Assembly (NCBI RefSeq): GCF_001194135.2
Contig: NC_068983.1
Location: 98,752,908-98,816,907 of the forward strand
DNA from: Octopus bimaculoides
Taxonomy: Eukaryota
Length of the DNA stretch: 64,000 nucleotides
Direction of reading: 5' to 3'
The notes below the pieces were generated by a model. That model was not told the origin of the DNA, made no database searches, and saw only the letters and a list, made by a program, of their open reading frames with translations. Shown here piece after piece: positions 39,184 through 52,000 of this stretch; within the stretch, counting starts at the first letter, position 1; every line of letters begins with the position of its first letter. The position numbers and the translations under genes are program-made.

Positions 39184-40748
39184 CACTAGATGAATCTATG
39201 TATTATTATCAGATAAATGGTGACAATATCAGTCAGTAACAATCTATATTGTCTAATACACCAGGCCAATGAATTCTGCTTTTCTTCTTGTTTCAAATCC
39301 AAGAGAACTGTTCAATAAATACTATGAGCATTGATGGAATTTAAATGTAAAAAAAAAAATCCATAGAGTGGGTAGTGTGGGAGAATGGAACACAGCAGTG
39401 CTGTTATCTACAGGGGTTTACTTATTACATCATGATTGTAAGATTGTGGTTTCAATTCCCAGATTAGGCAGTTTGTTGTGTTCTTGAGGAAAATACTTCA
39501 TTTCATGTTGTACTGCAATCACTTTGACACCTCTGTACAAGGAAATGTCGATCTGATGGAGGGAGTGAGCTTAAGGTACAACACAAACATTTGATCACTA
39601 TAAACAAATCTGTGCTGAAGCATCCTTATCTGTCTTTTACAAAAGAGCAGTCCACCACCCGCACACACAAGTGCACATGCACATATGGCACTGGCACTCT
39701 GAGGGTTCCAGTTGATCCGATCAATGAAACTGCCTGCTTGGGAAATTAACATGTAAGTGGCTAAGTACTCCAAAGACATGTGTACCCATAACATAGTTCT
39801 CAAGGAGATTCAGTGTGGCACAGTGTGACAAGGCTGGCTCTTTGAAATATAGGTACTACTCATTTTTACCAGCTGAGTTGACTGGAACAATAATGGGAAA
39901 TAAAATATTTTGCTTAAGGACACAACATGTCAGCAGGAATTGAACTCGCGACCTTACATTCATAAGGCAAATACCCCTAACCACTAAGCCACACACCTTC
40001 ATGCATATACATTTAAAGTATTTCACATGTGTACAGTTAGATGTATAGCTGTTACTGGAAAATTTAGAGCATTCTGTGTCAACACAGTGTAATAAAGTGC
40101 TCCCATGAAAAACTGCTTTGGTACAGCATCCAATTGTACTATGAATACCTATTGCAGAAGATATATGTTTAAGGATTGTTAATATTTGAAAAATTCTGGC
40201 ATCACCATTCACCAAAGAATCAATGGTATGCTGAGATGAAATATCAGTCAGTAAAACATAAGAACGAAAACTATTAAGTGATTTGTTGACTCTAATATTG
40301 TATTGCCATCTTTTTTTTTTATGTCCACTTTTCCAGGTTGGCATGAGTTAGACAGGATATTTTTAATGCTATGTTTTATGGCTAGATGCCCTTCCTGATG
40401 CCAACATTTTTAGTTGCCTCTTATGATATACTCATATTTTGAGTTCTATTTTTCCTGTTTGCATCAACATACCCATCCACACACACACATCATGTTAAGA
40501 CCACCTGTGCTGGTGCTATGTATAAATCACTGGTGCTGTAGTACCACTTAAAAAACACCCAGTACACTCTGTAAAGGAATTGGCATTTGGAAAGGCATCC
40601 AACCATAGAAACCATGCCAAAACAGACAATTGGAGCCTGGACAGCTCTGCATTTATCAGCTCCTATCAAACTGTCTAACCCATGGAAAATGGAAGTATGA
40701 TGATGATGATGATGATATATATATATATATATATATATCACCATCATC

Positions 40749-40787
<39 letters not shown>

Positions 40788-40855
40788 TGTATAGTGTACT
40801 GCTCTGTGATGGTAGGATCAACAAAAAATGTACTTCAACTGGTGGGAGATAAATA

Positions 40856-41335
40856 TTATTTGATAAACACAATATATGTTTTTATGTGTTACTATTAGTT
40901 TCATAGGCTGAGAACATGCCAAACATTGTTTTATAACATGTCTGGTGTCCCAGCACAATCATCTGACACTGCCCACATAGCACAACGAATTAAAAATGGG
41001 GTGAGGGAAAAAAAAGGGGAAAATGAATTTGCTGTAAAAAGCCCAGTAGAAAGCTAATAGTAGCACAAAATAACATACTGTGTTTATAAAATGATATTTA
41101 TCTCTCACCAGATGGAGTACTTTTTTTTTTGTTGGTCTTACCATTATGGAACATTACACTATATACCTCTGCACTTGGCTTTCTAAAGCAAATTCATTCT
41201 CACTTTTCTCTAACCCTATTTTTAGTTTATGCCATAAGGGCAGTGCCTGATGATTGTGCTGGGACACCAGACATGTTATAAAACATATGAAACTAATAGT
41301 AGTACATAAAAACATATATTCTGTTTATTAAATAA
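40856..41335. repeat. Long imperfect foldback (probable MITE)
   Basis: 40856-40974 is the reverse complement of 41238-41335 apart from a ~21 bp indel. Weaker complementarity continues inward (AATGAATTTGC / GCAAATTCATT) to roughly 41060 / 41160. Confidence 0.8.
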
Positions 41336-41572
41336 CTATATATATATAAAATGCAGAATTTTCATGTGATTCTTGCGTAGTCATGTACCAATAAGAAAAA
41401 AAAAAATAAATAACTTGATTAATTCTGAAAAGAAAGAGAAAATTACCAGAATAACCATTTTTGTAAAAATGTATTAAAAATGGTGAAGTTCTTAATTGAG
41501 CTGCAATACATTGAAGTTAAAAGTGAAGATTGTTTGAAGAAAACTTTCTTTTCCCTCTCAGATATATGAAAA

Positions 41573-41609
<37 letters not shown>

Positions 41610-41616
41610 CACTTAC

Positions 41617-41728
41617 AGGATTGGAAGAGGCATCGTGCAAAGCAGTGAATATTTTAGTGATACATCCATGGGCTCGTAAATGCATCCGAAATGCAGGCAT
41701 GGTACATTTGGAAGCAATTCCAAATGCG
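41617..41728 (-). CDS. WAPL: WAPL coding exon (first found in window; 112 nt)
   Basis: Acceptor cttttattacAG, donor GTAAGT. Encodes AFGIASKCTMPAFRMHLRAHGCITKIFTALHDASSNP, matching the recalled WAPL motif LATKCAMPSFRMHLRAHG. Confidence 0.95.
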
Positions 41729-42019
41729 CTGTAATAAAAGAAATATAAAACAAAATATAGAATATGCAATATAATAATAAATTACAGAACAACATCTGAG
41801 ATCAAAGGCATGAATTAGAAGCATTTCTTCTGGAAATCAATAAAATTGAATATCAGCGATATTTTGATAATATTAGAGGGTAAATGTAAGTAGTGAGTGG
41901 AAATAGTTGAACAAATTCTGGTTGTCTATTTGAGAAAAAAGAAAAAAAACCCAAAAAAACTAATGCCAAGAGAAGGTTTACAAATGGGACCCAAATATTC
42001 TGCTTCTGCTTTTTGTAGT

Positions 42020-43330
42020 TACCCGTTTACCATAGTTTGTACCAGATCTCTCCCTCATACCTCTTCCACCATACCCCTCCCTGAGTACAATTTCCACCTC
42101 ATCTACCACTCAGTTGTTACCACTATCTCAACCCTTCTGTAATTTTCATTACATCTACCTCTTGTTATTTTCCACTACATCATCCCCTCAATACAGTTTC
42201 CACTACAACCACCCCTTGCTGTTTTCCACTATATCATCCCTTGCACCAGAAGTTTCCACCAGACCTCTCCTTCAGTACAGTTTCCACTACATCTACCCTT
42301 CAGTAGCTTCCACCATATCATCTCTTCAGTATAATTGATTATGCATTATCTCATAGCTTCGAGATTTCAATGATATTGTTTATTTTTAGAATGACATTGT
42401 TGGGAAGGTGAGAGGGACTGGATCTGGCCAGTTTGAACATAAAACATGTAAAATATTTCGGTCGGATATGGCCAGTTTAAATGTGAAAGGGTTAAAATCC
42501 TTGATACCCTACACAATATTCCTGGTACACAACATTGTATTACCCCTAATATACTTGTATTCCAGATACTTCTGATATCTAGTTAGTATTGTCATTGATA
42601 CCTAGGATGTCATGTGATATCCTAGATCTTAGATACCTCACATATATCTGATATACTCTGTAACTGGTTTCAGTCACTGGATTAAGGTCATGCTGGGGCA
42701 TTGCATTGAAAAGTTTAACTGACCTCATTGGGGAAGGTAAACAAATCAACACAAAGACAAGCTAGTAGGAGAGACAAACACGTACATACACATGCTTGCA
42801 GGCACATGCACACACACACAGTTTTTACATATCAAATGTGTTCACGTGACATTTGCCAACCTGTTGCTACAGTAAAATATAGCAAAAGACTCTTGCTAGA
42901 GATTTTATTAAGGAGATGAATTGAACCCAAAACCAATTACTTTCTAAGTGGAGTTCTCAACTACTCAGACAAGTCTGCATCAATTGCTATGGGGATTAAT
43001 ATATCTGATAGCACAAAAGTAATATTCTTGATATGACACAGTAATATCTTTGAACTCATTCTGCTAGTTAAAATCCTTGATGATGTACAGTGACATTGCC
43101 TGATACCTCTCTTACACAGTAACATCTGTTAAAAACCATCTAGTTCATATCAAAGACACCCCCCCCCCCGGCATGATAATTCTGATACACCACACAAAAA
43201 TATGTCTGATATCACCTCGATAAGACCCCTTTCATTCCCAAATACTGATAGCAATGATATTCTTGTTCATTATCCTGCTTCCTAAATGAGGATAGCCCAG
43301 ATATTTTAAACTAAGACTATCAGTATCATT
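42020..43330. repeat. Old degenerate tandem arrays (TTTCCACTACATC-like, then GATATC/GATAC-rich)
   Basis: Recurring short motifs visible by eye, interrupted by a MITE and a SINE. Confidence 0.5.
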
Positions 43331-43344
43331 CAGCTAATAATATC

Positions 43345-43410
<66 letters not shown>

Positions 43411-45442
43411 TTGCCTACTGATAAACTTGGGAAATCATACTGTATACTAAAGAATTAAAAATAAAGTGTTGAAGGAGATAACTGATTACATGATATCAAG
43501 TAATTTACTGTTATTGTACAAGTAAAAAGTACTATTTTACTGTTTATTTTACTAGTTTGAAAGATAAATAAATATTTTATCTCAACAATTAAGCTCTGAT
43601 CACAGGATAAACTAAGTTTTCAAACTTAAATGGGTTAACTAATATATATATATATATATATCTTTGATATCTCTTGTTAAAATCTTTAACATTTGCAAAT
43701 GCTGGGTTTTTTTAATATCATTTAGTTACTGTATCATTTTACCATGTTATTGACAAAACTGCAGTCAAGTAACACGATATCATCTGCTTCTTGACATCCT
43801 TAACCCATCAACATTTAAAACTGGCCATATCTGGCCCAGATAATCTACCTGTTTTATGTTTAAACTGGCTAGATCTTTCACACCTACTCTAAAATGTTAT
43901 TTCAAAAATAAACAATCGCATCACTGAAATCTTGAAGCTGCAAGATTAATGCATGATTAATTCAAAACAATCTGAATAAATAAACACTACACTTAATAGA
44001 ATAATCTGAAAGCTAGAGGGTTAAGATAAAAACTATGAGTGATACAACTGAACGGAAGAAAGAGACAGTCACATAACCAATATATCATCTATTAAATGTC
44101 TTTCTGGCAGATGTTTATACCCATTATGCTGTACCTGTCTACTGATAAAAGTTATTAAACACTGATTCACGTTTCTATTTCCTTATTAACCTTAATTGTA
44201 ACAATCAAGACACTAATTTTGACCATTTTTATGTGTTAGGTAGAAAGGAGCAATACCTCTGACCTATGGAGCCTTCCTCTATACCCTGCAACACAAATGA
44301 GATTGATCCTGCATTTATATTCATCTTCAACATTTGTAAATTAATGTCTGCTGAAAAAATATAGGTGTGGTGTGGTGGTGGTGGTGGTGGTGGAAAGAAT
44401 TCTATTCCAGAGGGTTAATGTTAAGGGGAGGAAGGATTGGTAAGTGATGGTTTGAGATGGCAAAAGGAGAAAAGATTGATGTGTTTAGTGGGACAAGGCA
44501 GAAGTGATAGACAACTAGCCAGTTCAGGAAAACAGTAACTATAGTAGTAGCAGTGGTGGTGGTGGTGGTAGTAGTAGTAGTAGTAAAAGCAGGGGCAGCA
44601 GTGGTGGTAGTGGTGATGGAAGAGGCAGCTTGAAAAGTAAACAATTATTTAAGCTATAATGAATTATTTCTTAATTTAATATTACCACAGACATCTGCCA
44701 AAATCTAAGATAATTCATTCATTGTTGTTTGGTTTTAAGAAGCCTCTAGCCTCTACCACATCTAAACAAGGTTGGTGGAGAAGAAAGACTGGAGCTAGAA
44801 ATGACATCTTTTACTTAGATTTAGAAAAGAGCTTAAAAAGGAGGGGGTGGGGGGCAAAAGCAGCTGCAAATTTAAACAGGCTTCAATGATGATTGATCAA
44901 ACTAAGTGCAGATAGGTGTGTAAATTAGCTGACCTGAGCAATAATAGGTTAGATAGCAGGAAACAGAGGAGAGCTAGGCCTATAAATAGACACTAAACAT
45001 ATGTGTCAATGGGAGGGAGAGAGGGTGATGGTGTGGCAGCGAATGTATATAGAGGTGCGTGGGGGGGGGGAAGAGATGAAGCTATATTTATAAAAGATGG
45101 CTTGCTATTTATAATCATTGAAAGAAATGAAATATCTAAGAGTACATGAGAGAGATGAATAAAACTTGTGAGACAGGAAACTGAACTGAAATAGGTTGTT
45201 GATTCTGTGTAAAGGAAACTGAAATCTAGTGGGAATGGGTGGGGGAGGAGGAGCCATTAGAACATTCTCTGATATCTTCTTTTCTTTTTCTTGTGTGTGT
45301 GTGTGTGTGTATGTGTGGGAGCGTTTACTAATTTGTCTAAAACAAATAGCATTTGAAGGAGAATTAGTTAAAACCCTGTCACTGTTTTCTGACTACATAA
45401 ACCCCAATCAAGTGACAAGATTTTCTCAAATCCTTGGAAAGA

Positions 45443-45486
<44 letters not shown>

Positions 45487-45488
<2 letters not shown>

Positions 45489-45680
45489 CGAAGATGTACT
45501 TGCATAGCAAGTGACCTGATCTGAGATCATGTGCTGAAACAAAAACAATTGCAAAACAAAAACCGTTCGATTCACTTCAACATTTAAATTTAATTTGCCA
45601 AAATATTTTCGTTGCTTTGAGATCGCGACCTGATCACTGACAAAATTCCGTGCTGCATCTGAGAAAGTAACAATCCATGA
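45487..45680 (-). mobile_element. Short CpG-rich insert in (TA)n carrying the hammerhead motif; probable Penelope-like element pLTR fragment
   Basis: Unique ~195 bp block bounded by (TA)n on both sides. A minimal hammerhead with palindromic stem III is characteristic of Penelope-like element pseudo-LTRs. Confidence 0.5.
45594..45644 (-). ncRNA. Putative minimal type I hammerhead ribozyme (G3:C8 core variant)
   Basis: Minus strand reads UUUGUCA (stem I) GUGAUCA (core) G GUCGC-gaucucaaa-GCAAC (stem II) GAA AAUAUU (palindromic stem III) U UGGCAAA (stem I'). Confidence 0.65.
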
Positions 45681-47564
45681 TATATATATATCGTACGTAC
45701 GTATGTATATATGTACATATGTATGTATGTGAGTATTTAGGTGTGTAGACGTGTCTGTGTGTACGTACATGTGAACGTATGTTTATGTGCTGATGTGTCT
45801 GTTCAAGTTGTATACATGACTTACTTCGTAGAAGGTTGTATACACACACACACACATATACATGTGTGCGTGTGTCCCTCTCACCACCGTCTAACGGTGA
45901 ATGGATACAATGTCTTAGATACATAAATGCAACTTCTGTTTTCCTTGCTGGTATGGGTTGGACAGTTTGATAAGTTTTGGTGAACTACAAGGCTGCACCG
46001 ACAATAGGCTTTGGCATGTTTTCTATGGCTGGGCATCCTTCTCCAATGTTAACCACTCTACAATGTGTACTGGATGCCTTTTGTCAGGTAACTTGTAAGG
46101 GAGGAAAAGATCAAAGAAAGGAAAAAAGAAAAAAAAAAGCCCCCTTCCAACTAAGTGTGTGTGAGGAGTATTTAAAAGGGGTGTGTTGCATTTGTGCATA
46201 TAGACATACACATAAGTATGATAAACGCATAGAAACATACATACTTATGTACCTCTTTTTTCTTCACATTTTTATTTAACCCAAAGAAGCTTTGTAATGC
46301 ATAATTTATTTCACTTGTTTAACACTATTTTCAGAAAACATTAATTCTTTAATGATGAGCTGTTAAAAGCATATATATGCAAATCAGACAATCCAAAACA
46401 GAGCTAGCCTTATTTATGACAGCTTTGTATAAGCAGCTAACCTATGTTGTTGATTGAGGAAGAGAGCATAGTATGTTATCTCTGAGGAGCAGTAAACAAA
46501 TCATTAACCAGTCCATCAGAGACTCCCTCTTTGTGTGTTTTCCATATCAATAACATATTTAACCAAAAGTGAGGTTTTCTAATGTTTAGATTTATTTCAG
46601 TTCTTCTGATGTATATATTGTGCATTATATATCTAATCATTATTTAACATACAAGTTTATTTGAAGCAGATTTTCTACAGCCAGATCCCCTTTGTACCAC
46701 CAATCCTCACCTGTTCTTTCAAACTACTGTAAATCAATGAAACTGCTTCAAGTGATGTCAAGACAAGGAGACACTAAAACACACACAAGAGGTTTCTTTT
46801 AGTTTCTCAGTACCAAAATCCACTCCCAAGGCTTTGGTAGGTCTGAGGCTATAGTATAAGACACTTTGTCCAAGGTGTGAACCCAGTTAGGAAGCAAGCT
46901 TTATAACTATAGAGCCATGCATACATATATGTATTTATACATATGTATATATATACAAATGTGTGTGTGTGTGTATAGCTACATGTATGGCTATGTGGTC
47001 CAGAAGTTCATTTCAGAAACACGATTGTGGGTTCAAACCTACAGCATGGCACCCAGGTGAGCATTCTACTATTGACTTATGCATTTCAAGTGAATTTGGT
47101 TGACAGAATGCATGCATGCATGCACACACAAATACACACCCACACGCATGACGTGCACACACACCACACACATACACACACTGAGTCAGGAAGGAAGCAC
47201 AATGCTTGTGGCCTCTTTACAAGGTCTCTAAGACCCGATAAACAGGACATAGTTGTCCTGAAACTAAACACATCCAAGGGTCAAGTGGTGATGATATTAA
47301 ACCAGGTAACATATTAAATCTACCACTTAACTAGAATAGTTGTTATCACCATGTAACAGGTTAAAGTTGCACATGTGAAAAATGGGAAATAATTAAATAA
47401 CTTCTATTTATGATTAAATTTTGGCCTGCTTGAAAACAAAGAATTATTTAAATTGTCTTGACTAAGTGGTTAAAATGAGTTAGCTGAGAGAGGAACCAAT
47501 AAACAGAAACTGTGCTTCCATACATGTTTATAACTAATGAAAATATCAATGGCAAGTGAAATTT

Positions 47565-47621
47565 ATCTATCTATCAACCTATCAACCTATCTATCTATCT
47601 ATCTATCTATCTATCAACCTT

Positions 47622-47663
<42 letters not shown>

Positions 47664-47665
47664 AA
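47565..47665. repeat. (ATCT)n microsatellite
   Basis: Direct reading of the sequence. Confidence 0.95.
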
Positions 47666-48423
47666 CCAGTCTGTCCATTCATCCATCAATCTAGTTGTGT
47701 GTCTAACTAGCTATCTATCTTATTTATCAATCTAATCTCATGTATATAATTATAAAGCTACCTAATCTGTCTGTGTAACTATCTAATTTAATCTGACTAT
47801 GCACATACATGTGTGTATGTGAGAGAGAGAGAGAGACTGATACATACACATATATGCACATGCACACACATACAAATGTCTTAAAATCATTAATAATTAA
47901 ACTACAATAAAAAAAAAACAATTTTTAAACAAACGGCGAACAAAGAGAATGAGACGTAGGCTATTACTGTTGATGTTGGATTGACTGACAGCAGTAGTGA
48001 TAGTTGTAATGTTGGTGGAATTTCTTTGTGGGGACGGAAGAATCGGTGCATTGGTGATATGTTGTCATGGTGATGGTAGTGATGACAACTCTTCTACAAT
48101 CACCAGAGTCAATGAAACTCAAAATACTTAATGCTAGCAGATATTTTCATTCACTATTATCGCAATTCTAGAGACTCAAAGAATTTTGAACAAGAGATAT
48201 GCTCTGAGAATGTGACATCTTAATCCTCGAGTTTTTGTACCACAGACATTTCGCTTTCTTGCAATACTGAGTTCTAATCTAACTATGGACAAAACTAAAG
48301 AAAGAGCCGCTTATATTGTCACTTGATCAGCTAGAAACAGCAATAAATCTCCCTCAAATTTTAGCTTAACCTCTTAAAAAAAAGAAAAAAAGAAGAGGTA
48401 CATTAGATAATGTAGTTATAAAT

Positions 48424-49033
48424 CTGTGGTTCTCAACCCTTTTTTTGCCTAAGGGCCCCTTTGATTCCTATTTTAATTTAATGGATCTCCATAGCTATTC
48501 AATGCTCTCTTTACTCTTTTATTCTTTTACTTGTTGCAGTCATTTGACTGTGGCCATGCTGGAGCATCGCCTTTAGTCGAGCAAATCGACCCCAGGACTT
48601 ATTCTTTGGAAACCTAGTACTTATTCTATCGGTCTCTTTTGCCGAACTGCTAGGTTACGGGGACGTAAACACACCAGCATCGGTTGTCAAGCGATGTTGG
48701 GGGGACAAACATATACACACACACACATATATATATACATATATACGACGAGCTTCTTTCAGTTTCCTTCTGCCAAATCCACTCACAAGGCTTTGGTCGG
48801 CCCGAGACTATAGTAGAAGACACTTGCCCAAGGTGTCACACAGTGGGAATGAACCCAGAACCATGCGGTTGGTAAGCAAGCTACTTACCACACAGCCACT
48901 CCTGCATGTATAAAAAAAAAATCCTAAGGTATTTTTATGATTAAATATTTTGCGTATTGTAAATGTATAAGCAACTTAATACAGATAAATTTTAACAGCA
49001 AAATCTTATATGAACCCTGGTTGAGAAGCACTC
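48424..49033. mobile_element. hAT MITE of the same family, interrupted by a SINE (~48512-48906)
   Basis: Ends CTGTGGTTCTCAACC ... GGTTGAGAAGCACTC. 8 bp TSD TTATAAAT/TTCTAAAT (7/8). Confidence 0.75.
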
Positions 49034-52000
49034 TTCTAAATAAACCTCCCGGTAGGAAAGAGAGGATGACTATGGCTGGCTAAAGAACCTGAAATATTCT
49101 TTTTTTTTTTCCCCTACAAGTGAAAAGAGGAAAATCGTTGGCCTTCTGTTTGCTTGTTTTAGTCATTGAACTGTAGCCATGCTGGGGCACTGCTTTGAAG
49201 GGTCTAGTTGAACAAATTGACTTCAGTACTTATTCTATCGGTCACTTTTCTTGAACTGCTAAGTTATAAAGATGGGAACAATAAATACCAGTTATCAAGT
49301 GATGATGGAGGGACAAACACAAAGACACATATACATGTGTGTATGTACACACACACACACACACACACACAGTGTATCAGTTTTTTAGAAGACACCTCTT
49401 TCAAAAGCTCTTTCTTCTAACTTATTTGTTTTTACCTTATTTTTCAGATAATGTCAGACATGAGGTTGACTCAGCAAATGAAAAGGCACAGCTGAACTGG
49501 GTGAGTCAATGTTTCTGCTTCTGTAATGAAGCAGCCACTGATGCCAACAGCAGATTCTCTGAATAGGTGTGATAAATGAATTCTCAAGATTATTTGTACC
49601 AATTTGTTTTCAAATATAACTTTTCTTTGATGAGCTAAGCATCTAAATTCATACAAATGACCCCCAAAACCTGATACACTCTGTATAGATATGCACACAC
49701 ATATGGCATGATTCCACACATTAAATGAAAATATGATCAGTCTGTAAGTATCATAGTAACACTACAGAGAAATAAAGATATTTAAATGCAGATGCAGGCA
49801 TAGCAGTGTACTTAGAGGCTTGCCTCCCAACCACACCGTTCTGGGTCCAGTCCCACTGTTTGGAACATTGGGCAAGTGTCTTGTACTACAGCTCCAGGCT
49901 CAGCAAAGGCTTGTGAGTGGATTTGGTAGATGGAAACCGAAAGAAGCCTGTCATATATATATCATTGCTATTATGTTAAACTATTGTATGTCCAAATTTG
50001 GCCAAATGCATTTTCTTTCAATATTTATTTTTGCTTGCAATAGCTGGTTCTTTTGGTCAACCTAGCATATCACCAGCTACTTCAGATGCCAATATATCAA
50101 AAACTGCCAAAGTGTAGTACAACGGTTTTGCTATGAAATGCTGAAACTATTTTTCATTTTCTGAAATAGCAATGCATCATCCTCACCATCACCATCATCA
50201 TCATTATTTAGCGTTTGCTTGCTATGCTGGTATGGGTCAGATGGTTTGACTGTAATTGGTAAGACGGAGAGCTGCACCAAGTTCCAGTTGGATTTGGCAT
50301 GGTTTCTGTGGTTCGATGCCCTTCCTAACACCAACCACTCCAAGAATGTAATGGGTGCTTTTTACATGCCACTGGCATCAGCCACGACTTGATGACTTAC
50401 CAAGCACAGCATATTGCCAAAGGTCCCAGTCACTTGTCATTGCTTCCCTGAGGCCCAACGTTTGAAGGGTGCTTTTTATGTGTCACTGGCATTGGAGCCA
50501 GTTATGTGGTACCAGCATTGGCTACAACTACAATTTGGCTTAATGACTCTTCTCAAGCACGACATATTGACAAAGGTCTCAGTCACTTGTCATCATCTTA
50601 TACTTGTTTCAGTCATTAGACTTCAGCCATCATGGGGCACCACCTTGAAGAACTTTTAGTCGAATGAATCAAAACCAGTACTTGTGTTTTTTAAAGCCTG
50701 GTACTTATTCTGTTGGTCACTTTTGCCGAAATGCTAAGTTATGGGGCACATAAATACATCGACACTGGTTGTCAAGTGTAGGGTTGGGAAAAACAGAGAC
50801 ACAAACACACACACACACAGGTACATATAAGTTAGGCTTCTTTCAGTTTCCATCTACCAAATACATTCACAAGGCTTTGGTCAGCCCAAGGTTATTGTGG
50901 AAGACATTTGCCCAAGGTGCCACACAAGGGACTGAACCTGGAACAATGTGATTGGGAAGCAAGCTTCTTACTACACAGCCATGCTGGTATCTATTACATC
51001 ATTTTTATGAGTTAAGCTGCACATCTTGGAACGAATTAGCAAACGGAAGTTGAGGTATGCTTGAATTTTGATATCATCACAAACTTTCAAACATCAATGC
51101 CTGATTGTTGACATAGTTGCCATATTTAACCTTTAATATTCTGCTCAGATCACAGTACAAAGTGTATTTTAATTAGATCCTGTCTACTGCAGGCAATAGC
51201 TATGGTGTAGATGTGTGGTGGTGGGGAGAGTAGTATAAGAGTTACTGGCTAGGAGGACTGGAAGGAAAAGAAAACACAGCGGGGGATGGGGGGTGCCATC
51301 CAAGACAAATGAAAAGTGGAAGGAGGGGGATATACAGAGACAAAGGAATATTATTGAGAACATCTGTAAGATGTTATCTAAAATAATGTTCTGCAATCAA
51401 CAAATATAATTAGAGATGCAGATGATGATGATGATGATGGTAATAATAACAATGAAAACCATGGTGATTTCTTCTTCTTCTACCACCACCACCACCACTA
51501 CCACGACAACAACAACAATAACAATACTGCATTGTCATCACTGTCATCATCATCATCGTAAGAAGCTTCAGCACTAATTAGCACAGGTTGAATGAAATAC
51601 AGACAAAGCTTGAGAGCACTGTGAATATATGAAAGACTTGCCAGCCAGAGTTGCTGAAGGCAGAAGAAGAATTAAAGCTAAATGTCATGAGAGAGGGAGA
51701 TGGGTGTTCAGGTAATGACATCATTTTGATGAAATCTGGCAGGAATAAATATAAGAATACCTTACATTCAAATAAGATATTGACTTTAGTAGGATTTTAA
51801 TATCACTGTGTTTCTATCATTCACCTCTTTCTTCTATTCTTTATTATGTTTTCTATCTTGGCACTTTGAGGTCTTCAGGAGACTACATGTACTTTGGAAT
51901 TAAAATTTTTTTTTTTTCTTTTCCATCTTAGAGTATGAATCCCATTGTTTTTATAATTCTGAGAAACTAAGACTGCTGTTAGGTTTACATTACAGCCTAT

